Positions 26,419-40,558 of a stretch of 64,000 nt of DNA are shown piece by piece (the first letter of the stretch is position 1; every line of letters begins with the position of its first letter). A program made the position numbers and the translations under genes. Origin of the DNA: Botryllus schlosseri (taxonomy: Eukaryota). The notes beneath the pieces were generated by a model. The model was not told where the DNA came from. It did not search any database and was given only the letters and a program-made list of their open reading frames with translations. The stretch is taken from NCBI GenBank assembly GCA_051294905.1, contig CM119372.1:15874001-15938000 (forward strand), given 5' to 3'.

Positions 26419-27145
26419 GCATGTATGCGTAGCGTAGCGTAATGAGTGAACGACGTATTTATGTCGTCGATATTGAACGTGATAAAGACAGAATGAACCT
26501 AATTATCATCGGTACGCTCTCACGACGGGTCTCTGGGAAAATATGTAACGAATACGTTATCAATCCCGACCTATAAAATTAATAATCTCTTCAAACCAGA
26601 GTTGGATCAATTACATTATTTCAGTACAATTACAATAACAATTACTTTCATGCATGTTTCAATTACATTACAATTACAATTACTCCATGCTAAAAATATC
26701 AAATTACAATTACAATTACTCCTTGCACGGTTCAATTACATTACAATTACAATTACAATTGCTGCTGTTGAACATGTAATTGAATAATCATAAATTCAAC
26801 CGTGCTCCTTGACAACCGTAGCGTCGTAATTAACAACAATTCAAGTATTCATGTTTCATTCATGATACGCAAATACCCGGTAATTAATAAAAGAAAAACG
26901 TTTTCGAACTATTCCAGTATGCAGTATGTCGTTGAAAAAAGTATTATAATCATGCACGGGTTGGATTTGCGTATATAGTATATAATTAAAGAAATAATAT
27001 TATTTTTATCGAGGGACGTAGGAATTAGGATGAGTGGTGGAAACAAAACCGTGCTTTGTCAGATAAGACGTTATATAATATCCGGTGGTCTGGTTAGTTA
27101 GCCAGACGAAGTAACGATGCAATATCGTGATCTGAAATCGTATTG

Positions 27146-28658
27146 TAGATTGCCAACCCACGGATAGATGCGCAAGATGTGAGTCACGGATGAATGCACC
27201 GACAAACGTACTGCAGAGCCGGCTAAAAGCAGCAAACTTTGTAGTCCTAGAGCTGGCGATTCAAGCGTCCAAATTTGATGCATCTGGTCTTTATCGTAAG
27301 CTATTGATGCACTAATTCCGAAAATACAAATTAAAATCTCGTCTGGGCAATGTAACTGCTCCAAAATAGCCGTTTAAGGCCGACTGTTCTGAAAAGTGAG
27401 AGCGTCGCAGCAGCATGACCACAACAATGACCAATTACTCCCAGCGATTGTTCAGAACAATGCAGTGTTGGGATCAAGTCATTACCTTCGAGTCACGAGT
27501 CATTGCACATTTTGACTCGAGTCAAGTCAAGTCAATCGATTTTCGAAGGTGACTCGAGTCAAGTCAAGTCACTCGAATTTTGGAGGTGACTCGATTCAAG
27601 TCGAGTCAAGTCAAGTCAAGTCACGAGTCAAGTCACAATTCAAGTCAAGTTGCCTTTTGGAAGTATGAGGCATGCTTACGTCATTGCATTTTGCTAGCTG
27701 TCTGAAATACAGATTGAGTGGTTATTGATTCTGAACCTATGAAAGAATATAGAGTTAAATATAAACGGAAGAAGGCGGTTTATTACTCACATATACGTAG
27801 AAATGCATAACTACGTAAGTATAATTGCATGGCCTCTGATTATAGTTACCAGCCAATATAGAGAAACGAGTTGATAAGATGCAATACATTACCCATTTAC
27901 AAATTAATATGATACAATTCCAGCCTGCGCCGATGGTTGAGGGCTGTATAAATTATATTGGAATTCAATTTCAATAAAACAGGAGGCTTGGTTAAGTTAC
28001 GAACAGAGAACAGAAATATACATTTTGCGATTAAATTACTTTACTGTACTAGTTTACGACAACGTAAGCTGTAAGCTTCGGTCATTTCGTTTGCGATCAA
28101 TTTATTTGTGAGGGAACAATGGAGGCTCAGTAAAACGCACGATCATTGAATGATTGGTCGCTCTCATGGGTTACACCAGCGTTTCGCCAACAATCCGAAC
28201 GTATGCAAGATACAATGAATATTATTAACATCGATTGCATGATGACTCGAAATTGACTCGTGAATTTTGCTCCGAGTCACGAGTCAATCCACATTTCTGA
28301 TACGCCGTGTCAAGTCAAGTCAAGCCATTTTAGCAAAGTGACTCGAGTCAAGTCAAGTCATATGAAAAAGGTGACTCGAGTCAAGTCATGACTCGAGTCA
28401 TCCCAACACTGGAACAATGCCGATTCCCAGACTTTCACGACTATTTTGGGATGGTACCATTGCCTGGAAATATACTTTTATTGCGGAATCAGTGCGACAC
28501 TAGCTTTCGATTAGGACCATACATATCAAATTTCGACGCTTGGATCGTTAGCTATGGGACTATCAATTCTGCTGCTTTTAGCCGGCTCAGCAGTTCCCTT
28601 CTCGGCGTATTCAATCGTGAGTCACGTATTGCGAATCCATCCGTTGGTTAGTAATCTA
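27146..28658. mobile_element. Diverged foldback element (~225-bp inverted arms) nested in H
   Basis: 27146-27370 is the diverged reverse complement of 28440-28658 (shared GAGCCGGCTAAAAGCAGCA); related fragment at about 55625-55840; TSD not readable. Confidence 0.7.
27463..28411 (+). mobile_element. hAT MITE family G, long copy
   Basis: TIR CAGTGTTGGGAT; perfect TSD GAACAATG; (CAAGT)n/GACTCGAGTC arrays at both ends. Confidence 0.9.
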
Positions 28659-30573
28659 ATAATTGTATACAATGGCAGCCGAGGCCAGCATAGCGGTAAA
28701 AATAAAAAACTTCGCCCGCAAGGGCGCAGTCAAGGGCTTCCTCGAATGGATCCACCAAATTCCTTGTCGACATTTAAAGAGAATGCATTATAAGTCAATT
28801 ATTTTATGTTGTGCTTGTCAGGTCTCAATAGCAATTTAATGTAATTGAAATTGTAATTGAGCAAAATTTTTGTCAAATTACAATTACAATTACAATTACA
28901 ATTACACAAAATAAAAATGCTTCAATTAGAATTACATTACAATTACATTGAAATATGTAATCAATTACATTCAATTACATTACAAATTACAATTGATCCA
29001 ACTCTGCTTCAAACGTTATTTTAAAGTGTGATCTACGATTAGTAAACTGGTTCAAAGGCTACCGAGTCGCATATCGTTGTGTTCACACGTACAATGCATC
29101 ACTTATTGACAACGAGTGTTAGGAAAACGTTACAGGTTGTAAGATGAATAATATTCCGATTGCATCGTTCACTCTTTGCACTGCACTCTATAAGATTTTG
29201 ACATGTCGTCAAGTTGATTTGCATTTGTTCGCAGGACTTCACAAATACCACATATAATTGCAGGCCAGTGTTTCCTAACTTGTGTCCATGGATTTATTTG
29301 AGTCGGACAACGGCGTTATGTGAGAGCGCGAGCTTATCAATTTATCTCACTTATCACATTTACATGCTTCATAAGCCGTGACTTCTGCCGGACTATCATT
29401 TAATATAGATTTCCTCACGTGGGATTGTTAGTGTCGTAGTAGTGTAGTAAGAACTTCTTACTAAGAAGGCAGTGGCGTAACCAACTTTCTACGTGTCAAC
29501 AGAAATAGCTATTGATAAAAAGGTCCGCATATGCCGTATTGGAACCTACGCGTAACACAACTGGTTACCAACACCAACTTGTGGAAATCTGTGACTCCCA
29601 TGACCAGTTATAGCAACGTCAACTGGCAAATGGACAACACCCATATGGCAAGGTTCCACCTGTTGCAAATAAAAACAATTGTAAGAATTACATAGTTTTA
29701 CTCATTCATCTACGTTGCTATCGTTTGACTCTCATTAGCATAGAACCGGGCCGGCCAGAACTGTTCCATGCTTAAGCCGTATGTCTCAAAACTTATAGTT
29801 ATAAAAGAGCCGTAACTCAAAAATGCAGATAGACTTACTCACGATGAAATGTAGGCTCTCAAATAATGATTATACTGTTTTGTGGTAATACTGCTGAGTA
29901 TAAACCTGGGCTACAAGGAGTTTGAGGTTACACCTAGCCTATATGACGTCAAATTCTTGCGGAGCGGCTTCCACGAGTGTTAGTAAAACTTTCGAACGAT
30001 GCCATGACTTAAAAATTATTGCGGCTTCAGTTGTTGTGGTGGATTCCTTGCTGAAAGTTGTATTGCTGCATGAAGGGCATTTGGGGAAGATTTAAACTCA
30101 TTAAGTCTATTCCTCCACTTAAGTAGGGGATTGTTGGGAATGTGTCTTGTTAAGCATCGAAATAAAATTGCCTTTCAGGTCATGATGTAACTATTAAACG
30201 AAGCTTAACATGCGAGGCATGCTGGTTTACCTGTATTATCAGTGAATGCAGAGTGCACAGCACAATCTTTGTCCACGCTGTTTTGAAAGCTGTATTTACC
30301 TGTTCATACTTAGCCTACCTCCCAATTATTTCTCAACAACAATTTCTTGACTAAACCACGCAGCAATTGCTAGTATTGTCCCACAATACAAATGTACGGG
30401 TCCTCTGCCCATTATCCACCAAGAGTTTGACGGAACATACGCTTCCTTTAATATAGGCCTACCTATTATTTAGTTCAGTGGTTCCCAAAGTGGGCGATCG
30501 GGGAAAAATGTACGAAAGTTCAGCCAATTTCATCCTAGTAACAGTTTAATTTCGTGCCAAGTTTAATTTATAA

Positions 30574-31414
30574 CACTGGACCAACAAAGAAAAAACTTTT
30601 TTGAATGCCAACGATATTTTATTGGCTTCTAGGTATGTTCGGGCTGCTGAGTCCGAAAATGACATGCGTTTCTCTGAATTGGATCTGAGTTTTGAGATAT
30701 TGATATTATTTATATATTTATTCAATAATTATTTTATTTAATCGTCGTGAGAAAAATACTTCGAATTACGCAGATTTAGAATCTTCTCGGCGATCTGTGC
30801 CTCACTTTGAGAGCATACTAACTGAACTTTGAGCGTTACTGAACGTACTGTTTGGGCTTTGACGGCACCTGTTATTGATTTACAGAAATATGTTGTTTAT
30901 GCTATAGTATCGCCTAATTTTTAAAATTTTTGCTTGATTTTCACATAAAACTGGACTCGCGTATGGAGGGTTCTCTGTGTTAACGATTGCGTCTTCAACG
31001 ATATCGCTTCAGAAATAGAACAATACTGTATGCACACACTTGAAGAGACAAATGTGAACTCATCGAAGTTGCAGCATATAAAGTGATACAAAATTTGCGT
31101 ATTTTGAGCACTTTTCCAAACAAAAATGTGGAATATCTCAAAGAGTCTATTCGCAAAAACTAATGTCATTGTCAGATTCCGCGACATAAGAATGCCCTAA
31201 AACCGAAGTATACAAAGATCCGTATAATATACAAAGAGCATTTACCTATGTCAGAATTTGCGTATTTTTAGTACTTTTCCAACCAAAAATATGGAATATT
31301 TTCAAAAAAATCGACACAAATCAAAAAAACTAATGCCATTTTTGGATTCAGCGACCTAAAAATATCTTAAAACCGTTGAAACCTTCTTGGCCTCAAAATG
31401 CGTGTTTACCAGTG
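30574..31414. mobile_element. Chapaev3-like (CMC) non-autonomous element
   Basis: CACTGG...CCAGTG ends with 3-bp TAA TSD; internal duplicated block near the right end. Confidence 0.7.
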
Positions 31415-31579
31415 TAATTGATGGATGTTACTGAGATAGCGTCACAATACATGGCTGATCAAAGTCCGCGATAGTTGAAAAGGATCAAATCGAGGAAGTT
31501 CGCTCCCGATTGCACCAATTGAATTGACTTATGAATTCTCTCAACTTCGTAGCCACTCGTTAAAGAGGATACAAAGATG

Positions 31580-31875
31580 TCCGATCAATACCGAGAAAAC
31601 CAATACCGAGAATGCCATTACTGAGAATGAACACCACAGAGAATGGACATTGCCGAGAATGGACACCACCGAGAATGGACATTACCGAGAATGTAATGTA
31701 TGCAATGCAGGCATGTTATGCATATGTACAGGTCGTGCGTATGTGTATCACGGCGTTGCCAATTCTGTGTCGATTCTAAGATATAAATTTCTCGATAACG
31801 TCCGCCCGAGTGAGTTAGATTCTCGGCATTGGCTATTCTCGGAAAGGACCATTCTGGGTAATGTCCATGCACGGT
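31580..31875. repeat. Small element with inverted arrays of CCGAGAAT(GGAC) units
   Basis: About 7 direct copies at ~31590-31692 and inverted ATTCTCGG copies at ~31820-31865; no TSD found. Confidence 0.65.
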
Positions 31876-32435
31876 AAAGAACCAGATCACATGGCGAGGG
31901 AAGCTTACACTCTCAGCGAAAAGAGTGCATATTCACACCCGTGTACCACTCAAGATATACGGGTGTGAATACACACCCGTGGTACACGATACAAAGACCT
32001 ACATCAGATTTACACCAGAGTATAAACAACACACAATATTTGAATAAAAATGAAGTTAAGAAGGTACGGAGGTAGGCAGGAGGATTTATAACCGCGATAT
32101 ATATTTCTGAGTTATGTTCGGTTTTCGTGTACCACATTTTCGGTGTGAATACCCCTCCATTCGCTAATAGTTTCGACTTTCACACTTCACTGAAGTATTG
32201 TGTGGTTTGGAGTATTTCATCGAGTATAAAATTGGGATGTCGGGATATTTCTTCTTTGCTTTATTTCGACTCACCCCGTGACATTTTGATGACGTTTCAG
32301 CACAAAATTGCATCGGAACATTTAAGTCCAACGCGCAATAGTTTGTCCAGGGATATATAGAACTCTATATATTCTATATATCCCTGAGTTCGTCAATCAG
32401 ATGTGGCCAGTCGGCTGAAAAGGTTGGTCACCCTG

Positions 32436-33490
32436 CTGGTCCAGGCCAAACCGGGCAATGTATTCGGAGTCTGACTATTGTTACATTGATATTGAGCGGA
32501 GTGTGAAACGGGTTTCTATAGTTTCTATACTTCTAATGACTATACTCTATTACCCCATTAACAAGTTATACAGTAGTAGAGTTACCATATTTTGGAAATT
32601 TGAAAAGAGGACACTTTTTAGACTTACAATACCGGAGTAAAATCTGGAAAAATTGGTAAATTTATTCCGAGTTTGTAGTTGGTTGACTAAAAAAATGGTC
32701 ATCTTTCCGACTCGACTACCGAAATACGAAACAAAACAAAATATAGGTCGTCTTTCTGGCTCAATACCCGAAAGATCCGCCGTACGGTTACTTGAATACT
32801 GATTTCCTGTATCTCAGTTGAATTTTCACATATATTAAACCAAGATTTTCAAAAAAAGAGAACAAATTCTCAGAAAAGTGAACATTTGGGCGTCCTCCGA
32901 TGACACTTTCAAAAAAGTCAAAAAAGACGACAAATCCTCTTAAAAGAGGACATATATGGTAAACCTATACATTGGCCAACACCCCAATGGCACGGATTTG
33001 GTTTTCAAGATACGAAAGACATATCAAATCAAGATGGAACCCGCTATATATATCTTTTACATTAGACAACGATGTATTCTTTATATACATTTCATTGATT
33101 GGTTGAATAAGCATCATTCACTTACTCCCTACATGTAGGCTAGTGTATTTCGCTCTTGATGTTGTGTGATTGCGGGTCACAGCAGAGAGTCACTAACTGG
33201 ATGTTTCGAGCTAACTTTTGTAACAAAACAAGTAAAATTTTTAAGATATAGGAAAGGTGCATAACCGTTTACAGTGTTGATTTTTTTATGCTGCCAGCGC
33301 CATGCATAGAATGGCCCGAAGTTGAGATGCCTACAATTTCAACCAAAGATGTTATTATGACGTGAAAAATTGTGATATATGAAAAAGGTTCACAGTGCAG
33401 AACCTACCAAAGTTCGTTTGAGAACGTGAAGCCCTAAGTTTCTGGGGTTCACACACAGAAGTCGAACATTAAGTTCAGGTTCACACCATT
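32436..33490 (+). mobile_element. Family B 3' portion with nested family E copy (32577-32967)
   Basis: Colinear with 22860-23500; E insertion flanked by degraded TSD TACAGTAG/TACATTGG. Confidence 0.75.
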
Positions 33491-34392
33491 CTTATAGTAA
33501 ATATGGCCCTTTCGACGAAAAGGGCTACAGCCCACTGTCATAAACAGACCAATAATATCTTTAACCAGGACTACATCGTTATGCAGCATTTTGACTATTA
33601 GCGTTCATAATCATCAGAGCACAATACTTACTATAACTGTGGCATCGACGACGATTGCGAGGGTTCCAGCCACTCCACATGGTATACGTCAACTATATAT
33701 TGGGTGCAAATCGTTCATAGGCTCATACTACATTTTTCGAAAGTATTTGCACTATTATGGCCTAATTATACAGCGTTAAAAAAAGCTGTGTTTGTTTTAA
33801 ATGCAGCCCTAGGACCTAGGTGCGTGATAGTCACGTGTTATTCAGTGTGGTCTGTTGCATTCAATGATACTATAGTTTGTAACATGTTACGTGGTATGGT
33901 ATGACATGGTATGGAATCGGAAATTTCCATGCTCCAAACCGGACTCGATCGTTCCAAACCATGCTCACAATTTTCCATACCATAGCAACATTCTTCCATA
34001 CCATATTTGATACGTTTTTCATACTTTCGCAGTTGCCATAACCTCTCAGATATTATTATATCTCTGATGTGTGGAAATATTTCGGCGGCTATATTCTACT
34101 TACTTAGGATGAAATTATTATTTATTTAAACAGCCCTGATGCACCAATTCTATACCAATTTCTTTGTCTCATATGTCACCGTCGTAGGCTGCCTCAGTGC
34201 CTCATCATCGAAGGCGGAACGTAAATTATACGCGAGATTATTTGGGAATCACAACAGAGGTTCATGACATGTAACACTATGTGTGGTTACGCACTGCTAA
34301 CAGCAATGTGGAGATATCATCTATAAAAAATTACATAAAACTAACTCAACTCCTGGGGGTATCTCTATACACAGGCCGCCTTTCCTCTACTG

Positions 34393-35119
34393 CAGTGGTT
34401 CCCAAACCGTGGTGACTGACAGTCTCTCAAGTGGTAATCGAGACGATTCGGCGGTTCGAGAAATACTGGGCACTATAAGCTGTCGAACTAAAATAGGCCA
34501 ACGTCATATGTCCCATATTCTATGACTCTTCCATTGATCAGGCTGCGATTTTATAAGTCACCACGCGTTACTTTTGTGTCGATCAGTTACTATTAAATTC
34601 AGATTCCACTTGAGATCAATATATAAACCTTATTCTTATCACGGAATTGTGCACATGTATAGCCGAGTGTTATGCATCAAAACCGTAACCGGGTGGCGCG
34701 TTACAAAGCGATAGGAGGGTTGCAATTCGAAATTTCGAATGTCCATAAATCATATATTACGACCGATCGCAGAATATTCTAGACTCAATTCCACAAAACG
34801 TAGCAGATGATTGCTGGTTTGGATAAGGGTATATCGCTTACTCTAACTATAGCAGAACGTATTTCCTATATGCGAAATATCAGGCTGTACGGACGTCTCC
34901 GATCCTTATTCACTGAATTCGTCTTTCGTTTTTGATAAACCACGTATGGAGGAAACTGACGACTTTTATGCTGTAGTATTGCAGAATGCAGTATCTATAC
35001 CACGGGAAGAAGAGTTACAATCAATTGTTGTCGAGTTTGAAACGCTATTATGCTTAGATACAGTTTAGTTGGTTCACAAACGCTGTATAAAACGAGTAGA
35101 AAATGTTTGGGAAGCACTA
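34393..35119. mobile_element. hAT MITE
   Basis: CAGTGGTTCCCAAAC...GTTTGGGAAGCACTA; TSD CTCTACTG/CTCTACGG. Confidence 0.75.
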
Positions 35120-35374
35120 CTCTACGGGCGATTTCATCACTACCAACTACCAACTATAGATATGATTAACGAACACACACATTATTTCCCTAACGAAGTT
35201 AAGTCCATCATTATGCGAGTCATAAACGAGACACAATAAGTAACATCGAACAAAAGAGTTATATTTTCAGTTCCATCGGCTTACTACTTTTGGTTTATGG
35301 TCGCGGTAAGTCGCCTTCGAACGGCAACTGAGGATTTCCACAAAAGGTACCACCCACTCATCGACACACTATGG

Positions 35375-36090
35375 CAGGGCTGGCCAACCTTTTTGGCCAA
35401 AGGGCCACATTCGATTTACGAACTTCTGCGCGGGCCACTATCCGCGCGAAGCGCGAAAAATTTTTGAATTTCATAGATCAATAATGTTGTCATTTGATTA
35501 TATTGCGGGCCTGCTGTATATCGCTCGGCTAAGTTTGCGAGGACTGGGATATTCGGCGCATGCACATATCGATAGCAAAAGCTGCGACCAAGATGGGTCA
35601 AGCATTTCGTGCCTAGGTTTCAAAGTCTACGGTCTTACCGCGAGCGCAAACGCAAGGTGAACGACACTTTGTCTCGTAATCGCGAATATAGTTAGACTCA
35701 ATCTGATACATTAGGTGTTCTTCCATTTTCACAAAATGGCAACAATATTAAAAACAAGCAATCGAGTGACAACATATTGCGCTAAGCTTGTAGAAATTTT
35801 TTACCTTTGATACATCTATCGCAAATTATTCTGCTTTATTGTAGTGTAAGAAGATATATACCAATATGTGAATGGCCAATGGATCTGTCAATGCGTCGGA
35901 ACTGATATTTTAGCCATAACATCTCAAGTGTTGCGGCCAGACTAATCAAATTTTTGGTTGGCCTTACAAGTTCAAAATCTGTGCAATCCATTTTTGATGA
36001 TATTAGAAATTTCGGAAATTACCTCGCGGGCCACTCAAAACCTTCTCGCGGGCCACATGTGGCCCGCGGGCCACGGGTTGGCCGGCCCTG
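35375..36090. mobile_element. hAT MITE upstream of gene C
   Basis: TIR CAGGGCTGGCCAACC; perfect TSD CACTATGG. Confidence 0.88.
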
Positions 36091-36487
36091 CACTATGGTA
36101 TCGAGGTCATGGATTTTGACGGAATTTCTGACAAGCATTTTACTATAGTTTACTGTAGAAGGAGGTCGTATATAATCTAAAAATAGTACAAACATCTGGT
36201 TTTGATGTCGGTGACGTCATATTCGGAGATACGATCGTTGATATACAATGTGGGCCTAATTATCAATTCTTTCGTATATGTTGACGATTACCCCTGTCCA
36301 GTGACAGCCGAAACTATTCACCTTTACTAAAATATGAATATATTATTCTCATATATATCGAACTTCTGTACCATCAAGAGTGCATTCTCTGACAAAATAT
36401 TGTACTGCAATTTCCAAATCGGAAATATTGCCCGCAAATGTGTTACGAGCATCAAGTTTATGAGAAACCTATAAGTTTTGTCCGTGA

Positions 36488-36497
36488 TATATATAAA
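36488..36497 (+). promoter_or_regulatory. Candidate TATA box of gene C
   Basis: TATATATAAA about 360 bp upstream of ATG 36860; same 10-mer as upstream of gene A. Confidence 0.25.
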
Positions 36498-36859
36498 TGG
36501 GGAAGGCTTGTGCTGGGATTTATGCAGCCACATGCATGAACGCCAAACTACAAATACATAGAATTGCAAATTTAGGAACAGTAATAGTTGATCGAAGCAA
36601 TTTCGTGAAACTGTATATGAAAATTCAAGTATGTGCGGATACGCCTTTTTAATTCTGCAGCGATATATTTATCGGTGGTTATTTAAATATAACATGCCAA
36701 TATAGCCAATCATATTAGTTATGGTACAACGACGGCAACAGCACTTTCCGAAGATCTCGCATGAGGATTTAGTGCCTTCTCCAAATACCTGTCAACGAGT
36801 TTCAAAAGACGAATAATGAAATCTAGACATACATATAAGCCGTAATTGATTTTATTTCA

Positions 36860-39800
36860 ATGGATTTCGCAAAAAGCAGATATCGAAAGATAAGTACAAA
36901 AGTCGAGTCAATATTGATTTTAAAAATCCCAACTTATATCTTTATGACTCTAGTAATAAGTATCAGAGGTATGTAAGGTGACAGCCGCTAACCGTTTGTT
37001 TATCTCCGATTATACGATTTACAAATAATGGGATCATCACTCACACAAAATAATATACTTGCGAAATATGTGGTCAGCTTTGCTTTACCGTGATCTGGAT
37101 GTGGTTACTTTTTGGTTTGTCTAGTATTTGTGTTAAAATAATCGCATATAACCTGAGTTGAAAAAGGAACAATATCAGGGGAATGATTCTCCGTCGCTAG
37201 AATTTTTTCTCCAGCCATTGTCCATTATGAACGATGTAGGCCAGTATATATACATATATATTTATATTTCATATCGGCACATATGTTCATCGCATCGCAT
37301 AAAAAGGTCGGTTTCCCTTTCGTTCTTAGCTATAATTCCTTCACCAAATCGTAGTTGAAATTTCGATAGATGTAACATAAAGACCATAACTGAAGTGTAA
37401 CACCATAGACCAGGGGTCCCATGCACGCAACCCGCGGGCCGCATTCGGTCCGCGAGATCATTTTGTGCGGCCCACGTCGCCATTTTGGATTTCGAAGTAT
37501 TCGACAATATTTAACCGCCGCATATCTGTTTTTTTTTATATTGAAGAGCTTAACATTCGCTTTAAAACTATTAAAAAACTTGAAACTCCTCATCAGACTT
37601 CGCTATCATATCACTTTCAAAAGTTACTACGCGATGGAAGATCAGCGATCACGTCACATTATCTGTTCATGATGATAGAGCAATGACCCGTTGATAAATT
37701 CGTGACTGAAAATTGTGATTTGTACTTGGGACGTTTTGCGACGTTTTGCAGAATTACTCGAGCTCGAACTCGAAATGAATGGGTGATAAAATAAGAATGA
37801 CTCTAGTTGAGTCCTGTCAAACGTTACAATTGGAGAAGGACTTATGACCCGATCGCCGTGACTTGGTACAGCCACGCACTCAACAAACTATCACACTGTT
37901 ATCGGAAATAGTAATGTATCAAAAGGCCGTAGCTTAAGTGGCGTAGCGTATTTAGCTGTCTCAGCAGGTCGGTATGACAACCATTTGCATTTTGTCATCC
38001 CCTTGCTGTGTAGTTACTTATTTCCTGTATAATCTTAGGTCTCTTTATCCATGTGATTATCGCCTATTAAAGGTGGCGAGTAAAGTAGTGGTAGCCTACG
38101 CTCCATTTAGCTGTAACAGCAATAGATACTACGACGATCGGACATTTATATTGCTATGGCATATTATTCAGTATATTCAAGTTGTTGCTGTTGATCTGTT
38201 CCAATATTCGAAGGTAAATCTAACGCTGATTTAATTTGACTTTGGTAATGATATGGTCAATTACCTATAGTTATCAGGAGAATGCCCGTAACCCGGATTA
38301 GGCTGTATAATACTGCTCCAATGCTTTGATATCACGTCACACTTTGTTAATTTTTTAAATAATCCATAGCTATAAATGTGCACTTCAAATTTCCGCTGTA
38401 GCTGTCAAATTATAACGCGACAGCTTTTACGGTGTCACGATTCATTTGTACAGTCGCGTGGTGTCTGTAACTACTTATTTTGACAGAACAATGCCAAGTA
38501 ATCTACAACAACAATTTTTTTCAAATGTTTAAAAATATTATTTTTTCGTGCCAGGCGTGAATTCACAATAGTAAATCGTATTTTCCTAATTTGTGCCGAA
38601 TGTCAGTCTACAAGGTCCCGTCAAATAAGCCATACTTGGAAATATATTGAATCCCCAATCATTGGTGCTGCGGTTCGCGGCGCCATCAAAAACTAGGAAA
38701 TTGGCCCGCGAGCATATATGAGTTTGAAAACCCTGCCATAGACTACTGAGCAGTGGTTCTCAACCTTTTTGTCTTCGCGGACCCCCTCAAGTTTTAGTTC
38801 AAATTTAGCTCAATTATCGTGCAACCGTCATCTATCTTTTGCAAATATAAATTGAAGGCTAGTGTTAAACAGCAACGAGATGACCATTAGTGAAAATATT
38901 ATTATACTATATTTAGAAATATGGGTGGACTTTTATTATTTCGAAAAAGATTCTGCAGCTGAATTTCTTATTTCTTGAAATATGTGGTCCTGTCTTGAAA
39001 ATTCACGCGTTCGATTCGAAATGAACGAGAGCTGAAAATCTATTTTCACAGAAGTGGGTGGCGGCGAATGTATAATATTAACGCTTGACGCTTCCGACCA
39101 CACCTTTGAGCACGGCCGCAACAAATATGGCGCCAAAATTGGAAAACAGATTTTTCAATGAAGTTATCACTTCCAGACTAGGCATTTTTATATAGCAGCT
39201 CATCTTCAAAATTTTCTGGAATAGTTGTTATGTATATCACAGGAGAAAATAGAATCCGTGATGAGGTTTTAATCGCTTTTTTTAGACTGACTAGAAAAAA
39301 AACTGTTTTAACAAACCTCAACAAAACATTTTTAAACATCAATATGTTTGTGTCAGTAGACTATTGGCAATTTGGCAATTTAAATGATTTTACACACTGA
39401 GATTTTTAATCTCATACGGCCATTCTGTTGATGTGCTTGCTTACAAATTAATTCTCGGTCATTTTGAATAATTTAGAGGTTTCGCTGGCCCTCTGAAAAT
39501 GCTTCGCAGTCCGCCAGGGGTCCGCGGACCCCCGGTTGAGAACCACTGCTATAGAGTTTCCTCGTTCCGTCATATAGAGCGAGGTGTCACAGTGACGTAA
39601 TGGGTTCGGTTTTTAAAAGCGCTCGCTGTCACGCCGGGTATGTAGTATTGTTGCTAACAGCCCGAAATCCTGTCTTCAATACGGATTCCCAAAGCATATT
39701 GTTGTTTCTCTTATTAACCGGGTTTACAGCTGCCCTGATACCAACAGATCACATGTCCGTATTCTACTATGCCGTTGACGTTGTTACCGAAATTCTCGGA

Positions 39801-40558
39801 GATCTAAAAAACATAACTACGGCGATAGGTAACTATGTACGTCGAGGTTTAGAATGATTGACGCCGTTTTATTGCCTAAAATCGATAGTACGCTATTATT
39901 GTTAAGCAAAAGTGAGAAATATATACGTATAACGTGAGCAGACATTGGTTTTCAATCTGGACTAGTCTGACCAATATTTTTCGTAATATACGTATGCAAG
40001 TGTGCACTGTGCATACATCGTGGAAATAATTTGTGATTCGTGAACAGGGCGCTCACGAGGAATTCTCACATATTGATTTGACAGCATTCCTTTTTATACC
40101 TGTAGATTCTGCACAAAAATCGAATGAAAGTGTCGAATTACAGCTGTAAAACGTAGTATTGTGATGTGCTTAACGAGTCATATCTGTCTACCGATTACTA
40201 CTCAAATCTTTTGTATTGAATGATAAGTGTAAAAGCTAGCCTCTGGAAGCATTTTCAGTCAGTAACACAATACAACCAATGACATGACTTTCGCACAATT
40301 TGAAGATGTTATCACGTCAACCAGATAGTAGTTACAAGGTATAGCGAGATCTCCACAGAGGATAGGCTCAAAGAATTATTTATATATATACAATTATACG
40401 TATTATACTGCATTCATTAATGCTGGCGCTGTGTAGTTCCGCTATATGACTCCATCGTAGTCGAAAGATGTCACGACAAAGTATTGAAGAGTGACTTCGA
40501 ATGCTTGTTCCAACAGAACAAAGAGCAGCATACGCGGCAAACTGTGAAAGAATACTGA
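36860..40558 (+). CDS. Gene C: four-exon orphan secreted/N-anchored protein, probable distant paralogue of gene A
   Basis: Exon 36860-36968 MDFAKSRYRKISTKVESILILKIPTYIFMTLVISIR, G|gtatgt (phase 1). Microexon 37215-37235 (ttttctccag|AIVHYER|gtaggc). Exon 39730-39828 (99 nt, only open frame phase 1-1, ALIPTDHMSVFYYAVDVVTEILGDLKNITTAI|gtaact). Terminal exon from 40437 or 40461, both in frame: (PLYDSIVV)ERCHDKVLKSDFECLFQQNKEQHTRQTVKEY*, TGA at 40556-40558. AATAAA near 40788. Confidence 0.55.
37411..38735 (+). mobile_element. hAT MITE family A, copy 3 (in an intron of gene C)
   Basis: Perfect TSD CCATAGAC; lacks the ~280-bp internal insertion seen in copy 2 (4307-4590). Confidence 0.85.
38751..39548. 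mobile_element. hAT MITE
   Basis: TIR CAGTGGTTCTCAACC; degraded TSD CTACTGAG/CTATAGAG. Confidence 0.75.

Larger units (their letters stand above)
26597..29006. mobile_element. hAT MITE family H with (CAATTA)n subterminal arrays, containing two nested elements
   Basis: TIR CAGAGTTGGATCAATT; perfect TSD CTTCAAAC. Confidence 0.9.

Noticed and set aside
26270..29006. Regular short repeats that could be mistaken for CRISPR arrays
   Set aside because: 5-6-bp units with no unique spacers and no cas genes, bounded by TIRs and TSDs: MITE subterminal repeats.
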